NCBI RefSeq assembly: GCF_018350175.1
Contig: NC_058368.1
Location: 65,660,001-65,724,000, forward strand
Length of the DNA: 64,000 bases
Direction: 5' to 3'
DNA from: Felis catus
Taxonomy: Eukaryota
Shown: in pieces, positions 1 to 13,364 of the stretch
Position numbering within the stretch: the stretch's first letter is position 1
How the letters are laid out: every line of letters begins with the position of its first letter
The notes under the pieces: model-generated
What the model was told of the DNA's origin: nothing
Database searches by the model: none
What the model saw: the letters and a program-made list of their open reading frames with translations, nothing else
Program-made: the position numbers and the translations under genes

Positions 1-946
1 AGCCGTTTAAAGCATCCAGTGAATTGTGTTATTGTGATTTCCTTCCTATAGATTCAAATGGATTATAAAATACTGCATGTGGCTTTTGTCCACTTTGTTA
101 GAATTCCATTGTAATAAGAGAATGTCAAAAATTAGAGGTTAAAATAGAAGAAGGCAAATATCCAAATCGCTTGTCTCTAAACTGGGAATAGATTGGAAAG
201 TGCAAATATGCTATGAATGTAGGAAGGGAAGGAAGGGAAAAAATTTTTGGTTGGAAAGTCCATTTATTTTTCAAGGACATCATCAGAAAAAGAAAAGGAA
301 TTTTTCCCATCATTCATCCAGTGTATACCTAGGTAAGAGAGATAGGTGCACATGGTGAACTTGGTGGTTTGTGAGTTTGACAGCATCTTTTTTGATGGTG
401 GTATTGGGAATGGTTGAAGGCGTGAGAAACGAGGGGAACTGCTTCCAAATATCTGGGACTGTATAGAGCCTCCACTGGGGGTAATGCTGTTTTTCATTTC
501 TACTGCCTTGGCTTCTAGCTGTAACCTGTCAGTTTTGAGGAGTAGACCTCCTTCATCGTTGCCTTTTTATGCATGGGCACTAGAATACCTGTCAAAGAAG
601 CTGTCACTGATATGCAGAAAGAGTGGGCAGGAAAAGAGGCAACCAAAATTAAGGCATGAAGTTGTGTATGCCTCTCTGTTCACCCTTTCATCCCTTACAG
701 CCAGCCACCACTCCCTGGCCTCTGCCTGCGATGCTTGGCAGCCGCCAACATGATATAAGGATGTAAGTAAAACACTAACAGCGGGGGTAGGTCTTGTGGA
801 TTAAATTCTCAGTTGTAACTGGAACTGGGCTGAGTGATACCTGTTGGTTATCAACTCTAAAGGTGGGGGAGTCTAGGCCCTAGGTGTGAGATGAAGGGGT
901 AGGGGGGACTGAGAGCGAGCAGTGTGAATATTGAAAATATTACTCT

Positions 947-1168
947 AAGCACCTGGGTGGCTCAGTCAGTTAAGCCTCCAACTTCGGCTCAGGTCATGCT
1001 CTCGTGGCTCGTGGGTTTGAGCCCCTCATCAGGTTCAGTGCTGACAGCTCAGAACCTGGAGCCCGCTTCGGATTCTAGGTTTCCCTCTCTTTCTGTCCCT
1101 CCCCCTCTCATGCTCTTTCTCTTTCTGTCTCTCAAAAATAAATAAGGTTTGAAAAAAATGAAAAAAAG
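947..1168 (+). mobile_element. CAN-SINE (SINEC_Fc family), older copy
   Basis: tRNA-like head GCACCTGGGTGGCTCAGTCAGTTAAG, CT-rich tract and AATAAA/A-rich tail. TSD gaaaatatt(a/t)ctct at 933-946 and 1169-1182. Confidence 0.95.
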
Positions 1169-2089
1169 GAAAATATTTCTCTTATACAGTGATGTATTTA
1201 TTTATATGGAGTTTTGTCATCTTAATTATCTCTTCCTTCAATCTCTCCCTCTGACAGACAGGCAGATACACACAGATGCCACGGATGCCCCTTTTAGTAT
1301 TCCAATCCTTGGTCAACATTTCTCTAGAAAGGATGCAGTCTTTTTTACATTGATGACTTTTTCATTACTATTCGAGGAGTTTACTGTATGAACTTGCTTT
1401 TTGCTCTTCCTCAGAAGCCATAACTCAGAATATGTCCTTGCAGGAGACATTTAGGGTAGGGAACTGTTACCCATTCATTTCTAGGCCTTCCTTATCTACT
1501 CTGATGTTTTGGGTTTCCACACCCCCCGGATCCGTCTTCACAGAGAACCAGTCCTCCCTGAAAATGTACGCTTTGCCCCCTGATTTACAGGAGGTTACAA
1601 AAATGATGTTTCTGTTCATTGTGGCCTATAAAATGTAGAAATTGTTCAAGGTTCTAGTCAATTTGGAACAATTGGTAGGCAATTGACTAGATCACACATC
1701 AATCTGATTTGGCAGTTATTGTGGCTCAAAACTTCAAATGCTATAAAGCTGTCAGTCTTATTGTGCATTTATGTTCAGAGTGTAATAGACTTTATTCCTT
1801 CCTCAAATATTTTTTGATTAGATAGTGGATAATCAGACACTATGTCAGAACTTCAGTATTCTGTACTACAATGTTAACATGAATGAGATCTTTCAAGACA
1901 TAGTGAATGACTATGTATCATTTCTTAGAAAATATTTAGAACTACACTACGGTGTAACAGCCCAGAAAATGTAATAGTACACCATTAGAGACTTTCAGTA
2001 TGTCTGTCCAAAATTTGATACATGTATCCCAAAATGATTCCAATAAAATTAATAGGATTAATATTTTTTGAATGCCAAGTGGTTGAAGA

Positions 2090-2290
2090 CCATGGTTTCA
2101 GAAGTCTGTATCAACCCCTTCACTATTTCCTTGGGAAAATTACCTAACTTCCATATACCTACGTTTTCTCATCTGCAGTTGAGCACAATAATAGCGAGCA
2201 GCCCCTTGGGCAGAGGTGAGAATTAAATTAAGTGACAAAATAGGAGTTGGCATTCAGTGAGCGCTCAATCAATGTGAGCTGTCATTATTG
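2090..2290 (+). mobile_element. MIR SINE remnant
   Basis: MIR core-like ccttgggaaaattacctaac...ttttctcatctgca...aataata and 3' end gcgctcaatcaatgtgagct. Confidence 0.7.
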
Positions 2291-3429
2291 TCCATATGAA
2301 ACAATTGCAGCCACGGTTCCCAAGTAGAAGGAAATACACCAGTCAATCCATAGTTTATTTTTCAAAACGAGAGAACATAATTGTTTGATTTTTATCCCTT
2401 GTTTATTTACCCTAAAGCAAAGAGTGCTGTAGAATATCTTAGCAAAATACTGAAAGCAAATAAAAACGTGTTTATTGGAGCATGATACAGTTTGTTTATA
2501 AAATTAAAATAGTTATCAAAGAGACTATTTTCCTAAACAGTGACGAATCTTGCCACGTTTGTTTTCTTTTGTATTGTGCTCATGAGTTTCTTTTTCCCTC
2601 TGAGTATACTTGGCTTGATGATCTGTTTTCTATTCATACAATTGCTTCATTATTTACCCATGTAATTTAATAATGTATTATCCATCATGATATCAGGGGC
2701 GTGAATAAGGTCAGTGATTCCCCATGCATTTCCATTTGCAGACTCTGGCTGAAAACAGAACACAAATTTAGATGTTTAATAATATTGTAATTTTGTTCAC
2801 TTTCAATATGTTCTCAAAACTCCATTTCCTAAGAAACAACACAGGCCAATAAAAGTTTCTCATGTTGGAATCTGGTCGATATGCTTCTTAGAATTTAACT
2901 CCACCCAGGTTTTCTTCTAAACTACCAAGTCATTTTAAGTATAAATAGCAATCGTGTGAATTATCAAATAGCCCTACAGTTAGCATAACTGAATGTTGTC
3001 CAAAGCTAGCATCTCATCTTGCTAGAAAAGTACTTGATTCTACTAAGAAATTCTGAATTGCAACGTCTGTTGATTTCTATATTGATCCCTTTTGTGGAGA
3101 AGAGTAATGCCGTGATTTTTTTATCACATTTTCTGGAAGATAGTTAATGAAAAAAGGTAACTGATGTCAGGCGGTTATGTACCCACAGGATCTCCTGGGC
3201 CTTTTTTTTTTTCTCTCTCTCCCTAACCATTGTGTTAAGGAGCCGTTTGGGCCTTAGCCACACAAAAACTTTTACATAGATTGCATGCCATCTACATTGT
3301 TACCCTAGAAAGAAAACTGTTTATCACACAGAGATTCCCTTGAAATTTCGAGAACAACATGTTAGGTACAAGTACCTTCAGTCCACATATGTGCAATAAC
3401 TGCTAGGTAACATGGGGATATTAACATGG

Positions 3430-3620
3430 AGGTGTTTTGAGTACAGCCCTGGCGTTACAGTGTCTTCTAACCTTCTTTCTAAGCCTGTTCATTTATCAAA
3501 GCTGATCCCAAATTTCCTCCTCCACAAAATGAGGGAACAATCATAAAAATACCTTATGTAACTCTTGTAGTGACCAAATGTGGTGTCTGGCACATAGTAA
3601 GTGCTCAATAAATAGTAACG
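3430..3620 (+). mobile_element. MIR SINE remnant
   Basis: tttcctcctccacaaaatgaggg core and 3' tctggcacatagtaagtgctcaataaat. Confidence 0.75.
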
Positions 3621-3710
3621 AAACTAAGGGAAATCCAAATTGGGAAGCAGCAAAATCAAGTCTGATTTTTGTCCAGGCCTACCTGGGTGTTTGAAGGACC
3701 ATCTCAATAT

Positions 3711-3712
<2 letters not shown>

Positions 3713-3760
<48 letters not shown>
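3713..3760. repeat. (GT)24 microsatellite
   Basis: Perfect GT run. Confidence 0.99.
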
Positions 3761-3763
<3 letters not shown>

Positions 3764-4085
3764 ATTGCTTTTCCTCGTCTAAGCAGTTTCTCTCTTTAGT
3801 CTCTTAAGTTTCACTTGTTTTGTGAAATAGGTAAAAGTCTTTATTAAAATTCCTGCCAGAAAACCTTTTCTATTCTTATTTCCTTTTAAAGTATGAATTC
3901 AGCTAATTGGCCCATTCTTTAAATTAAAAAAATAATAATAATAATTTGAGTTGTTATGTAATTCAGAATATAAATTCTTAAAAGAGAGACTATAATGGAT
4001 TTTAGGGCAGAAGAGGTTGTATTGAATACTTTAATGAAAATTTACTGGAGATGAACAATTATGAAATTAACAGTTTTTACCAGGC

Positions 4086-4100
4086 GGGGGGGGGGGGGGG
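4086..4100 (+). repeat. G15 homopolymer
   Basis: 15 consecutive G. Confidence 0.97.
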
Positions 4101-5059
4101 TGCTTGTATCTTAACCCATATGTCGTTAGATTGCTGATAACAGTCTGTGTTTCAAATATAAACAATTGCCTAAAATTTTACATTAGGGAGTAAAGCACAT
4201 CTGGTAGGAAAATCAACTTAGTTTGGAACACTGAAGGTTCTGATTAGATGACTAAGTATTTTCTCAAATTGAGAGAGTCAAAGAAACAGATTACAGAGGG
4301 TGAAAAAAAGTGTTCCTGTTAATAATACACAATGTTAGATGGTTCTTTCAAATGTAACTAAGAAACACACAGGCAAGAACCATGCTAAATAATATATCAG
4401 TCATTTCTTGAAATAACAAGTGTTCCCTTAAAATAGCATTTTATGAATACCCAGAGAATAAAGAAACATAAACCACAATTCCCACAACCGATCTGAGAAC
4501 ACGTTTATGGGGTATGTATGAGTAGTCATGAACTTTCAACACCAATAACTTGCTCTCTCTTTTTTTTTCAACCATAAGTAATTATTAACTTTACTAAAAT
4601 ACCTATGATTGTTCTCTAGTGTGTGATCACTGAGCCAAAAGGAAATAACACATCATTGTCAACTTCCATAGTTACAGTTTGTTATTCTTCCTGAGATAGA
4701 TTGGGAGTTTTAGCCTCCTTTAAATTACATTCACTTAAAAAATTCTATAATAACCTTGCATTCGGAATGGGAACTGTTTAAAAACCCTGACAGAATGAAA
4801 GTCATATTTCGGCCGCCCCAGAGGAGCACAGGAGTTATTGGGGTAACACCGAGCATGGATGGTAGGAAGACACAAAGGGAAAAACCCATTTTGAAAATTG
4901 TAGTGACGCAACTTGACTGTAGTGGCTTGCCAAGTAATAGTTACTTCTCAGTTTTTACCTATAGAAATTTTAGAGTCAGGAGGAAGATTAGACACATAGT
5001 CCAGGAGTTTTCAAATTCCTGTATTTAGCTATGTAAACCTTTTTAAAATTAACTTGATA

Positions 5060-5279
5060 GGGGCACCTGGGTGGCTCAGTCGGTTGAGCTTCCGACTTCG
5101 GCTCAGGTCATGATCTCACAGTTCGTGGGTTCAAGCCCCGCATCGGGCTCTGTGCTGACAGCTCAGAGCCTGGAGCCTGCTTCTGATTCTGTGTCTCTCT
5201 CTCTCTGCCCCTCCCCTGCTCACGCTGTCTCTCTCTGTCTCTCAAAAATAAATAAATGTAAAAAAAAAATTAAAAAAAT
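5060..5279 (+). mobile_element. CAN-SINE (SINEC_Fc family), full length
   Basis: GGGGCACCTGGGTGGCTCAGTCGG head, CT tract and A tail. TSD taaaattaa(c/t)ttgata at 5044-5059 and 5280-5295. Confidence 0.97.
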
Positions 5280-6141
5280 TAAAATTAATTTGATAAGGTC
5301 TGTGAGGGTGCTTTGGTCTGCCTTGGTCACACTATGTTCTCAGCAGTTAGAAAAGCGTTTGGTGCAAGGAAATGTTAGGTGAATATGACTTGAAAAAAAT
5401 GAAAGGGGAGACATAACCTAAAGCAGGGAAAAGCAACATTCTTGCGGTGGGAGCAACTCCCAGGGATCTGTGCGGCAGAATCACCAACCCTGTCAGGTCC
5501 CCAGGCCTGGACCTCGGGGCTCTAAAGTACCACCGAAACATTCAGAGGCCAGCCCTTTCATTATATGTGTCAGAAAATGGAGCTCAGGTCTTGTGGGATC
5601 CCTAGGCTCAATGTATTTTTTTGCACCCAGATAGCACATGTTTATGGGAGTTGGCAAAGAACATTCTAGGGTATTCTTATGAGTCATTTTGTTTTCAGGC
5701 AAGGTATTCCAAAAGAGAACTCGTAAAAGAAAATGGGCTATAACTTTCTTTTTACTGTAAACCTTTATAGTTATTACACATGCCATGATAATTTATGTAT
5801 TCAAAATTAATATATGGTATTCTTTCCAAAAATGAGACATCCTATTCTTTATGTACTATATATTTTTCGTGATATTATAATTAAACATAGGAAATAGCTT
5901 GGTGCCCATTTATTGTTGAAAAGAGATATCTATTTCACATAAAAATTTTAATTTTGTTCTCATTCCTTTGGGGGGAAAATCAGAAGAATATATGCACGCA
6001 CAAAAATGTATTGTGGAAAAGTGTTAACGTTTACCTTTTCTCCATCTAATGGTAAACTGGCTGATGTTTATAAGTTGTCTATTTTGATTGATTTATTTTC
6101 ATAGTAACCAACTTTTTTTCATTGTTTTGAGTATAGAATCT

Positions 6142-6232
6142 CATATATATATGTATGTACATATGTATGTATGCATATGTATAAATATAGACATAGACAT
6201 CTATGTGTATATATATAGACGCATGTATATAT
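6142..6232. repeat. Degenerate (TA/TG)n low-complexity tract
   Basis: Alternating purine-pyrimidine atatatatgtatgtacatatg... tract. Confidence 0.85.
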
Positions 6233-7423
6233 TTTAGTAAAATAACTAAAAATGATAGGCATGGGGCTAGAAAAATCACAGGCTAATAAGTTGGTCATAA
6301 AAAATAATATAAATCAGGAATTATCAGCCAAATTCTGCTCTGGCAGGAATTTCTCAATGAAATCAATAAGACTCACATACTCATCTTAATCAGAATCGCC
6401 TCCATTGTACAAGGCTTAGGAAAGAATAGCAAAAGTTCTTTGATAAAATGTGTAATTAGAGAGGCAAAGATCAAGGCTTTAAAGAGAGGGTTTAGCAAAA
6501 CAGATGTCCAAGGAGCTGTAGTAAGCCCAGCGTTGCTAATTGCACTTGGGTTGGAAGAAGGTTGAGAATTCACACCTGGTGCTACTTGCAGAGTCTATTT
6601 TAATCTGAAAATGACTCGAAAAATTTATCATGCTTCAGATAGTTTAATTAACTATACTAGGATTTATTGAAAATGTTTCAATATTAGCAGCATCAACCAG
6701 AAGACATCAGCATATGTTTAAAAATTAAGGTATACAAGGATTTAGGTGTTCGAGTAGTAACAAGTCATTAATTAAACGTATAAAACAGGGCTGTTTTGTA
6801 TAGTATTTTGACAGGGTAACATATAGAGCTTGAATTGTAGGTATCTGAGGTCAGGTTGAGTTATTCCATCATCTGCGGAATTGCCTAAATGCACCAAATG
6901 TGTGGATAAGTCCATTCTGTGTCCTGTTTTTCTTCTATTGCTTCAGAGGTTGACTACATGGATTATTTTAAAAGAAAACAAAACTTAGGATTCACAGTTT
7001 GAAAACTAAATATGTGTAGCAGATCATTATGGAACTAAGGAAAAGTCTCTGTCCCTTAAATGTTCTTCTTTTTTTTTAATAAAATCCATCTTACAATTTT
7101 GTAATGCTTGTATCCTTTGGTTATAAATACACAATATCTTTGGTGTGCATGTATGCAAGTGTATGCTCTACGAAACTTCACGTATTTTATATTTTTATAG
7201 CATACCAGAGTATTTTTCTCTTTTAATATAGGGCTTGGATATGGCATTGTTTTATAGGATTGTTCAATTATGTATTAAACACCTTGCACATATTTTTACT
7301 ATGTCCATGATGACAAGTGTCCTTTTACATAAGGAATGAATTCCACACTTAAAGATTTTGGAACTGCTGACTCATCATGCCATTCAGAAGGACATGAAAT
7401 GTTTTTTAAAACATAAACATTTG

Positions 7424-7646
7424 GGGGCGCCTGGGTGGCGCAGTCGGTTAAGCATCCGACTTCAGCCAGGTCACGATCTCGCGGTCCGTGAGTTCGAGCC
7501 CCGCATCAGGCTCTGGGCTGATGGCTCGGAGCCTGGAGCCTGTTTCCGATTCTGTGTCTCCCTCTCTCTGCCCCTCCCCCGTTCATGCTCTGTCTCTCTC
7601 TGTCCCAAAAATAAATAAAAACGCTGAAAAAAAAATTAAAAAAAAA
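7424..7646 (+). mobile_element. Young feline SINEC_Fc, full length
   Basis: Head GGGGCGCCTGGGTGGCGCAGTCGG with B box GTTCGAGCC and many retained CpGs. Perfect 17-bp TSD taaaacataaacatttg at 7407-7423 and 7647-7663. Confidence 0.98.
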
Positions 7647-8569
7647 TAAAACATAAACATTTGTGTTGAATCTCTGACATAGCCAGATTTCATGTTCTTT
7701 TGAAACTTCCCAAATCAGTTAATAACATTTTTTTCTATCAAAAGATATTAACATTCTTATTCTTCTGTCTCTGAGATACATTTTGTCCAGCAGGATAGGA
7801 ACCAACCATTTACGTTGTCACCATTGAGTCAATGTTGACTGATTAACACATTGTTCTCATTGCAACATATGGCCAGCTCATAATTAACTGCAAATAATTC
7901 AGTGGCCTTGTTTGGCTTTAAATCAAGTCAAGTTCTACTTGAGGCAGCCGTAGCTGACATAATTTACGATGGTAATAATATCACACTTTAAATCATATCA
8001 GTTCATTTCCTCTTTGGTATTTATCTTCCCCATCTAGTTGCATGTCTTTAGGTATAGAATGTCTCTAAACCACATCTGTGTTAGTCTAAGTCATAAGCAA
8101 ACTTTTTAAATAAAGTGTGCACAATGTGTTTTTATTTATTGAAAAGATGTTTTCAATTACCATTAAGTTCATTGTTGGTCTAATGTTAGCAGCTTAAATA
8201 TTTGAAGCTGTTGTCTGGAAACCAGACACCCATCCAAATTCTAAAAATCCAGTAGATTCTTCATTTTATTGTGGTTTTCCAAAACAACTGTTGATTACTC
8301 AAAGCAGAGGTCCCTTTGATGAGTAAAGGTTGGTCAGAGTGCAGTTTGCGTTGGCAGCTATTTTCCTTGGAATTAACCAGCACCCCCATTCCTACCCTTG
8401 GGCTGTCTCCTTAGACCTTTTCTTCATATACCACTGATAATTGCACATTCTTCACCTTTTTAGATGAGTCAGTATTGTTTTTCATTTCACTGGGCTGTAC
8501 TCCTCTGTGATACCTTTTTCTCCTCACGTGTAATCAATAAGTGTTTACCAAATAGTTTCCCTGTGCCCA

Positions 8570-8995
8570 TTCCTTTATTGCAGTCTCTATTTGATGAATA
8601 GAGAATTCTTCCATTGTAATAGTTGGGGTGGTCATTGATTTCAGCAAAGATTTCTTTCTTGCTCATTCTACGTGAGTAGGATGGGTTCAGGGGGAAGAGC
8701 ATGAGGTTGGCGTGTTTTCCATAATTACCCATGAACCAGGCTGCCGGAGGCTCCTGTCAATGCTGTGGCACCACTGGTTTAACACATGCCCTCAAGTCCA
8801 TCTCAAGGTGGGAAGAGAGCAATGAAAGGATACCCACGTCTTTAACTTTAGGGGCCTAGAAGTGACCCATGGCAACTTGCCCACAGCCATCGACTGGAAC
8901 TATTCATGTTCATCCCTTTATATTAATATAAGGGAGGCTGGGGAAAGGGGGGAGGGCACATGGAATATTTTCTGAACACTACTGTTTTAGCCATA
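8570..8995. mobile_element. MaLR LTR remnant (MLT1J-like)
   Basis: gaaccaggctg..., ggcctagaagtgac..., agggaggctgggaa and acatggaatattttctgaacact resemble the MLT1J consensus. Confidence 0.6.
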
Positions 8996-9409
8996 TTCTT
9001 TGGATAGTTGATGATTTTATTAAAATAAGCCCGTAAAAAGGGATTACCCCCTATGAAATCTTGTGGTAGTTATGGTTCCCAAATGGGATTGATAATAAGT
9101 ATATAAGTTTGGTGTGCCCAAGAGTGAGAATACTTGTGCATGCCCAAAACCTACTAAACTGGAAATCAATCTTCTGGGCAGAGGAATAGGCATCTGGATT
9201 TACAAGTGCACATACAGTTCTTACTAGATGCACGATTTGGAAAAACACTGCAAGCATGCTCAAAGACAGTGCCAGAGTCAGTAAGAAGTAAATTCTTTCA
9301 TAGGGAGATCTTGTCAACCTCTGGAACTGAGCCACACACTTGTCGCTGTTGTCACACAGCTGTCCATGGCACATCATAACGGGACTCTCACAAATATTTA
9401 AGCCTATGC

Positions 9410-9540
9410 TAATTGCTAATATTTGTTGAGGATTTACTGTGTACCAGGCAGCGTGTGAAGATCCTTGATGTTTAACATCTCATGAGGTGGTTTCTAGGAT
9501 GACCACCACTTGTCAGGTGAGAAAACAGGCTTTAGGAAGG
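9410..9540 (-). mobile_element. MIR remnant
   Basis: gctaatatttgttgag..ttactgtgtaccaggca and caggtgagaaaacaggct (antisense MIR core). Confidence 0.7.
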
Positions 9541-9611
9541 AGAAGGAAAATATATTCAAGGGGACAGGAAGGAGAAATTGATGACCTATAGGTAAAAGAG
9601 ATACAGAATCC

Positions 9612-9614
<3 letters not shown>

Positions 9615-9668
<54 letters not shown>

Positions 9669-9719
9669 TCCCTCCCTCCCTCCCTCCCTCCCTCCCTCAC
9701 ACACACACTCTCTCTCTCT

Positions 9720-9767
<48 letters not shown>
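9615..9767. repeat. Compound microsatellite (TC)25-(CCCT)n-(CA)n-(CT)n-(CA)n
   Basis: Read directly from the sequence. Confidence 0.99.
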
Positions 9768-9769
<2 letters not shown>

Positions 9770-11133
9770 TTTCATCCTCAGACAGTAGGGTGCTGCATGG
9801 CCCCCACTTCTTCCCCCAGTTCCAGTGACTGAGGCTTTTTATTAATATGTATTAGAAGAAATACATTCTCACATTTAATATTTTTCTTGAATTAGTACCT
9901 GAGTACAAAGAATTGAACTTCTTTTTTTCCTCTCTCTCCACTACCTCTCCAGATCTCGGTATAGCTTCTCTGAGCAGAAATGTGGGAAATTGCCAGTGTA
10001 GTGAATTTTCTCCCACTGGCCTTGTATGATCCCAGAGCTGGCCATGGACGAGCTAATGGGACACCCGATAAGTTGCAACACTGCAAATATGAGGAGCTCT
10101 CTTAAAATAATACATCTCACGGGAAGAAACAGATTGCCTCATTTTGAAGTACATTTGAAACACGGTGGGTTTGAGAAAGCTGTATTATTACTGAAGAACA
10201 TTTTCATTTCAAAAGGAGGGCTTTGTCTGTCTGAATTTCAATCCATATTATCTTGAACTTGATTTCACACCAAAAGGAGTAAAAGCCATTTCATTGTTAA
10301 TGGAAATGTAAGATTAAGAAAGGAGGGTAAAGACCAGCATCCTCATGATTGTTCACTGAAAGTACAAAAGTAATCTTTCATTAAAAAAAAAGCAAAGCAA
10401 AACAAAATTCACAGGTGTGTAGCACCTTGAGAAAAAACACATGTGTAAAGTCACACTCGCATAAATAATAAATTATGGTAATTAGTCTCTTAATAGCACC
10501 TGATAACCAGATGTGTACAAAAGCAGCCAGACCTCACTGCAAATGGCTCAACAAAAGATGTAAACCAACACATCAGTAGCAGGATTCATCACAAAGTACT
10601 GCTTTTCAATAAACCAAAGGCTAAGAGCTGGCTGGCTATAAGGGAAGATAAATCTATTCACAAGGAATAACTAAAAGCTCGGGATTTCAAAAGAGAAAAT
10701 TTAATCCAGGACTGAGATTAAATGATAGAATTTAAGGGGCTGAGGAACATGTGAACGGAGAGTGAAGCTCAGAGGGAAAGTGGTTTTGGCAGAATGTTCT
10801 CTATAACAGTATTTGTCCTTTGTGGTTTCTAGTTAAATAACTTAAACATTCTGCTCAGGATTTCCCTGATTCTGTAAAAAATAAAATGCATTGGGTGGAA
10901 ATTTTAGAAGGACTGTAAAACATCTCCCATTATTCAGCCCTGCTTCTTTATTTCACTGTAAGCATACACGGTGAGAAAAATTTAATAAAGAAGGATGCAT
11001 CCTTGCCCTCCCGTGGCAAATGAGATGCATGTTAATCTATTATCCTTCATTTCGTCTCTATTTTTCTTAAATAATTTCAAAATAGGGATGTTATATCTGC
11101 AAGATCAGTCTGAGGGTTAAAAAAAAGTTAAGA

Positions 11134-11347
11134 GGGGCGCCTGGGTGGCTCAGTCGGTTAAGCGTCCGACTTCGGCTCAGGTCATGATCTCGCGGTCCGT
11201 GAGTTCGAGCCCCGCGTCAGGCTCTGTGCTGACCTCTCAGAGCCTGGAGCCTGTTTCAGATTCTGTGCCTCCCTCTTTCTGATCCTCCCCCGTTCATGCT
11301 CTGTTTCTCTCTGTCTCAAAAATAAACGTTTAAAAAAAATTTTTTTT
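11134..11347 (+). mobile_element. CAN-SINE (SINEC_Fc family), CpG-rich
   Basis: Intact A and B boxes (TGGCTCAGTCGG, GTTCGAGCC). TSD aaaaagttaaga on both sides. Confidence 0.98.
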
Positions 11348-12220
11348 AAAAAGTTAAGAAACAGTACTGTCCTAGTGTGGCCATGATCTGTGGGAACTGG
11401 GGACCCCCAGTCCTGCTGGCTGAGAAGTCAGTCCTCTGCTGGGAAGTGAGTCTTACCTCTGTTGTGTTCTCAGTCCTGCAAACTATCATTCCTTGTCTTG
11501 TGACCTCCTCTTTCAGTTCAGATGCTGCCTTCCTGCCTCCTTGTTTGCTGGGGTCAACTCCACTTGATGTCAACTAGCCACCTTCTGCCCTGCACCTGGG
11601 CACCTCTCCGGGTGCGAGATGCCCTCCCTCCCTTCTTCACTGTGTGCCCTAGCAATTTGGCTGGAAAGTTAAATAAAAATACTCCATCTTCCACTTCTTT
11701 TCCCATAGCCTCACTCTAAAGTTCAGGGAAGAAAGAGTAACAGGAAGGACAATCATAGCAACCCGTAGTAAAAGGCCTAATTCTTTTTTAATGCAGTTTT
11801 TTATTCTTTACTTCTGGGGGCCTACCATTGATTTTGGAGGAGGGAGTGTACCCTGACTTTCTCCATTTGGGATGTGGGGTCCCCTGGTGAGACTAGCCTG
11901 GATTTACAGGGAATGCATGGCTTTCCTCATCCTGGGATCTCTGTCTTCTTCGCTTCACCTCAGATTAATAATAGCTTCCAAAAATTTAACTACAGTCAGT
12001 TCTGCTATAATACTTGTTTTGAAAACATTTTTTTTTTGGTTCCAGCCTGATGTATATATCAGGGGCATATCTGAATATGATGAGAATTTTGAGTTTGCTT
12101 CTGCATAATGTCATCTGCCAGAAACACCCTGACCTCAAAGCAGAAAACTATAGCTAGCTGAATGGTGATCTGTAAGAATACACAAAATGAACGTGTGTGC
12201 ATACACACATGACCTTAAAC

Positions 12221-12360
12221 CTGGACTGACGACATCATTTGCCAGGGGAAAATGTAGACGTGTGGCTCCTTTCTCCAAAATTATTAAGAATTTCAAGATG
12301 ACTGCAGCTTGGGGTCCTGAGTGACCATGTACAGATCACGCATCCATGAGGCTGGTCCTG
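12221..12360 (-). mobile_element. MER45A-like hAT DNA transposon relic
   Basis: aaaattattaagaatttcaagat core and terminal ccatgaggctggtcctg match reverse-complemented MER45A. Confidence 0.75.
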
Positions 12361-13364
12361 CCTCCGATACCTGCCGGCAATCTGCCAGTGCTGTTGTGTC
12401 ATGAGCCACATCTCATGGATCCTTCGTGTTACAACATTCCCTCCAGTTTTCCACCCCATCATTGTTCTTCACCAGCTGCACTACTTCTGATGACCACTCC
12501 CACAAACAAGGTTTCAGATGGTTTCAGAGCAAAGTACCGTATTTATAGTAGTATTTATGTGGTTCTTAATCATTTGACACGTGCACATGGTGTTGCTGTT
12601 TATTCGGTTCCTATCATTTTCTGTGTGTCACTGAGGGAAGTTTCGGGTGTTGTATACCTATCCATTTTTTTTTTCTCATAAGCCCTGTGGTTTTTATCAC
12701 ACAATTTTGAATAGAATGGTGCTTTTTTTCTGGAGTACGTATTTCACATTTTTATAGCAGAATTGGCTATAATTTTGAAGACAGGTCATAGTTTTATTAA
12801 ATATTCCTCAACCCACAGATTTTGTAGTTCACTGAACAACAAGAGTAGGGATGTTTTTAAGTGTTTAAATTCTAGTGGACATCGGTGGAGGAGGGGGGTT
12901 TCATTGTTGTTACCTACACTGAAGTTGCCTCAAATAACCTACTTTGCAGCCCGTCTTCGTGTTTGTGGGCAATAAGGAGGGGCTGCTCCCTACAGCTGAG
13001 TTTGAATTTCACTAAGGAATTACAGATCAGTTTAAGAAAACTCAGACTATCTGGGATGAAGTTGTTTGATCACGTGGGTATGGCCAAGAAAATAAGAGTA
13101 GGTTTAATCAGTTTATTGGTTGTTTGACTTTAGATGGGAATACAGTGTTCGAAAGCCGAGAAATAGATGTGGAAAAATCAACCTTTTTAAGGGCTCACAA
13201 ATCAAAAAGAGAATTCATATTGCAGAAACATAAAATGAGAAGGGGTTTGCTCTTTCTTTAATCCCATCTGTGATAACAATTTACGTTAAAAGAGTTTGGT
13301 AAAGAGGTGAGAAACAAATACTTTATTATATTTTTAAAGATGTAGTATAGTTTTATTTAGAAAG

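Noticed and set aside
7424..7510. tRNA-like A and B boxes in SINE heads
   Set aside because: These are tRNA-derived SINE promoters followed by a CT tract, A tail and TSD, not tRNA genes.
9494..9764. ORFs with RE/CV/HT/YI dipeptide repeats (also at 17.6-18.0, 29.0, 35.5, 38.5 and 50.3 kb)
   Set aside because: These are microsatellite translations.
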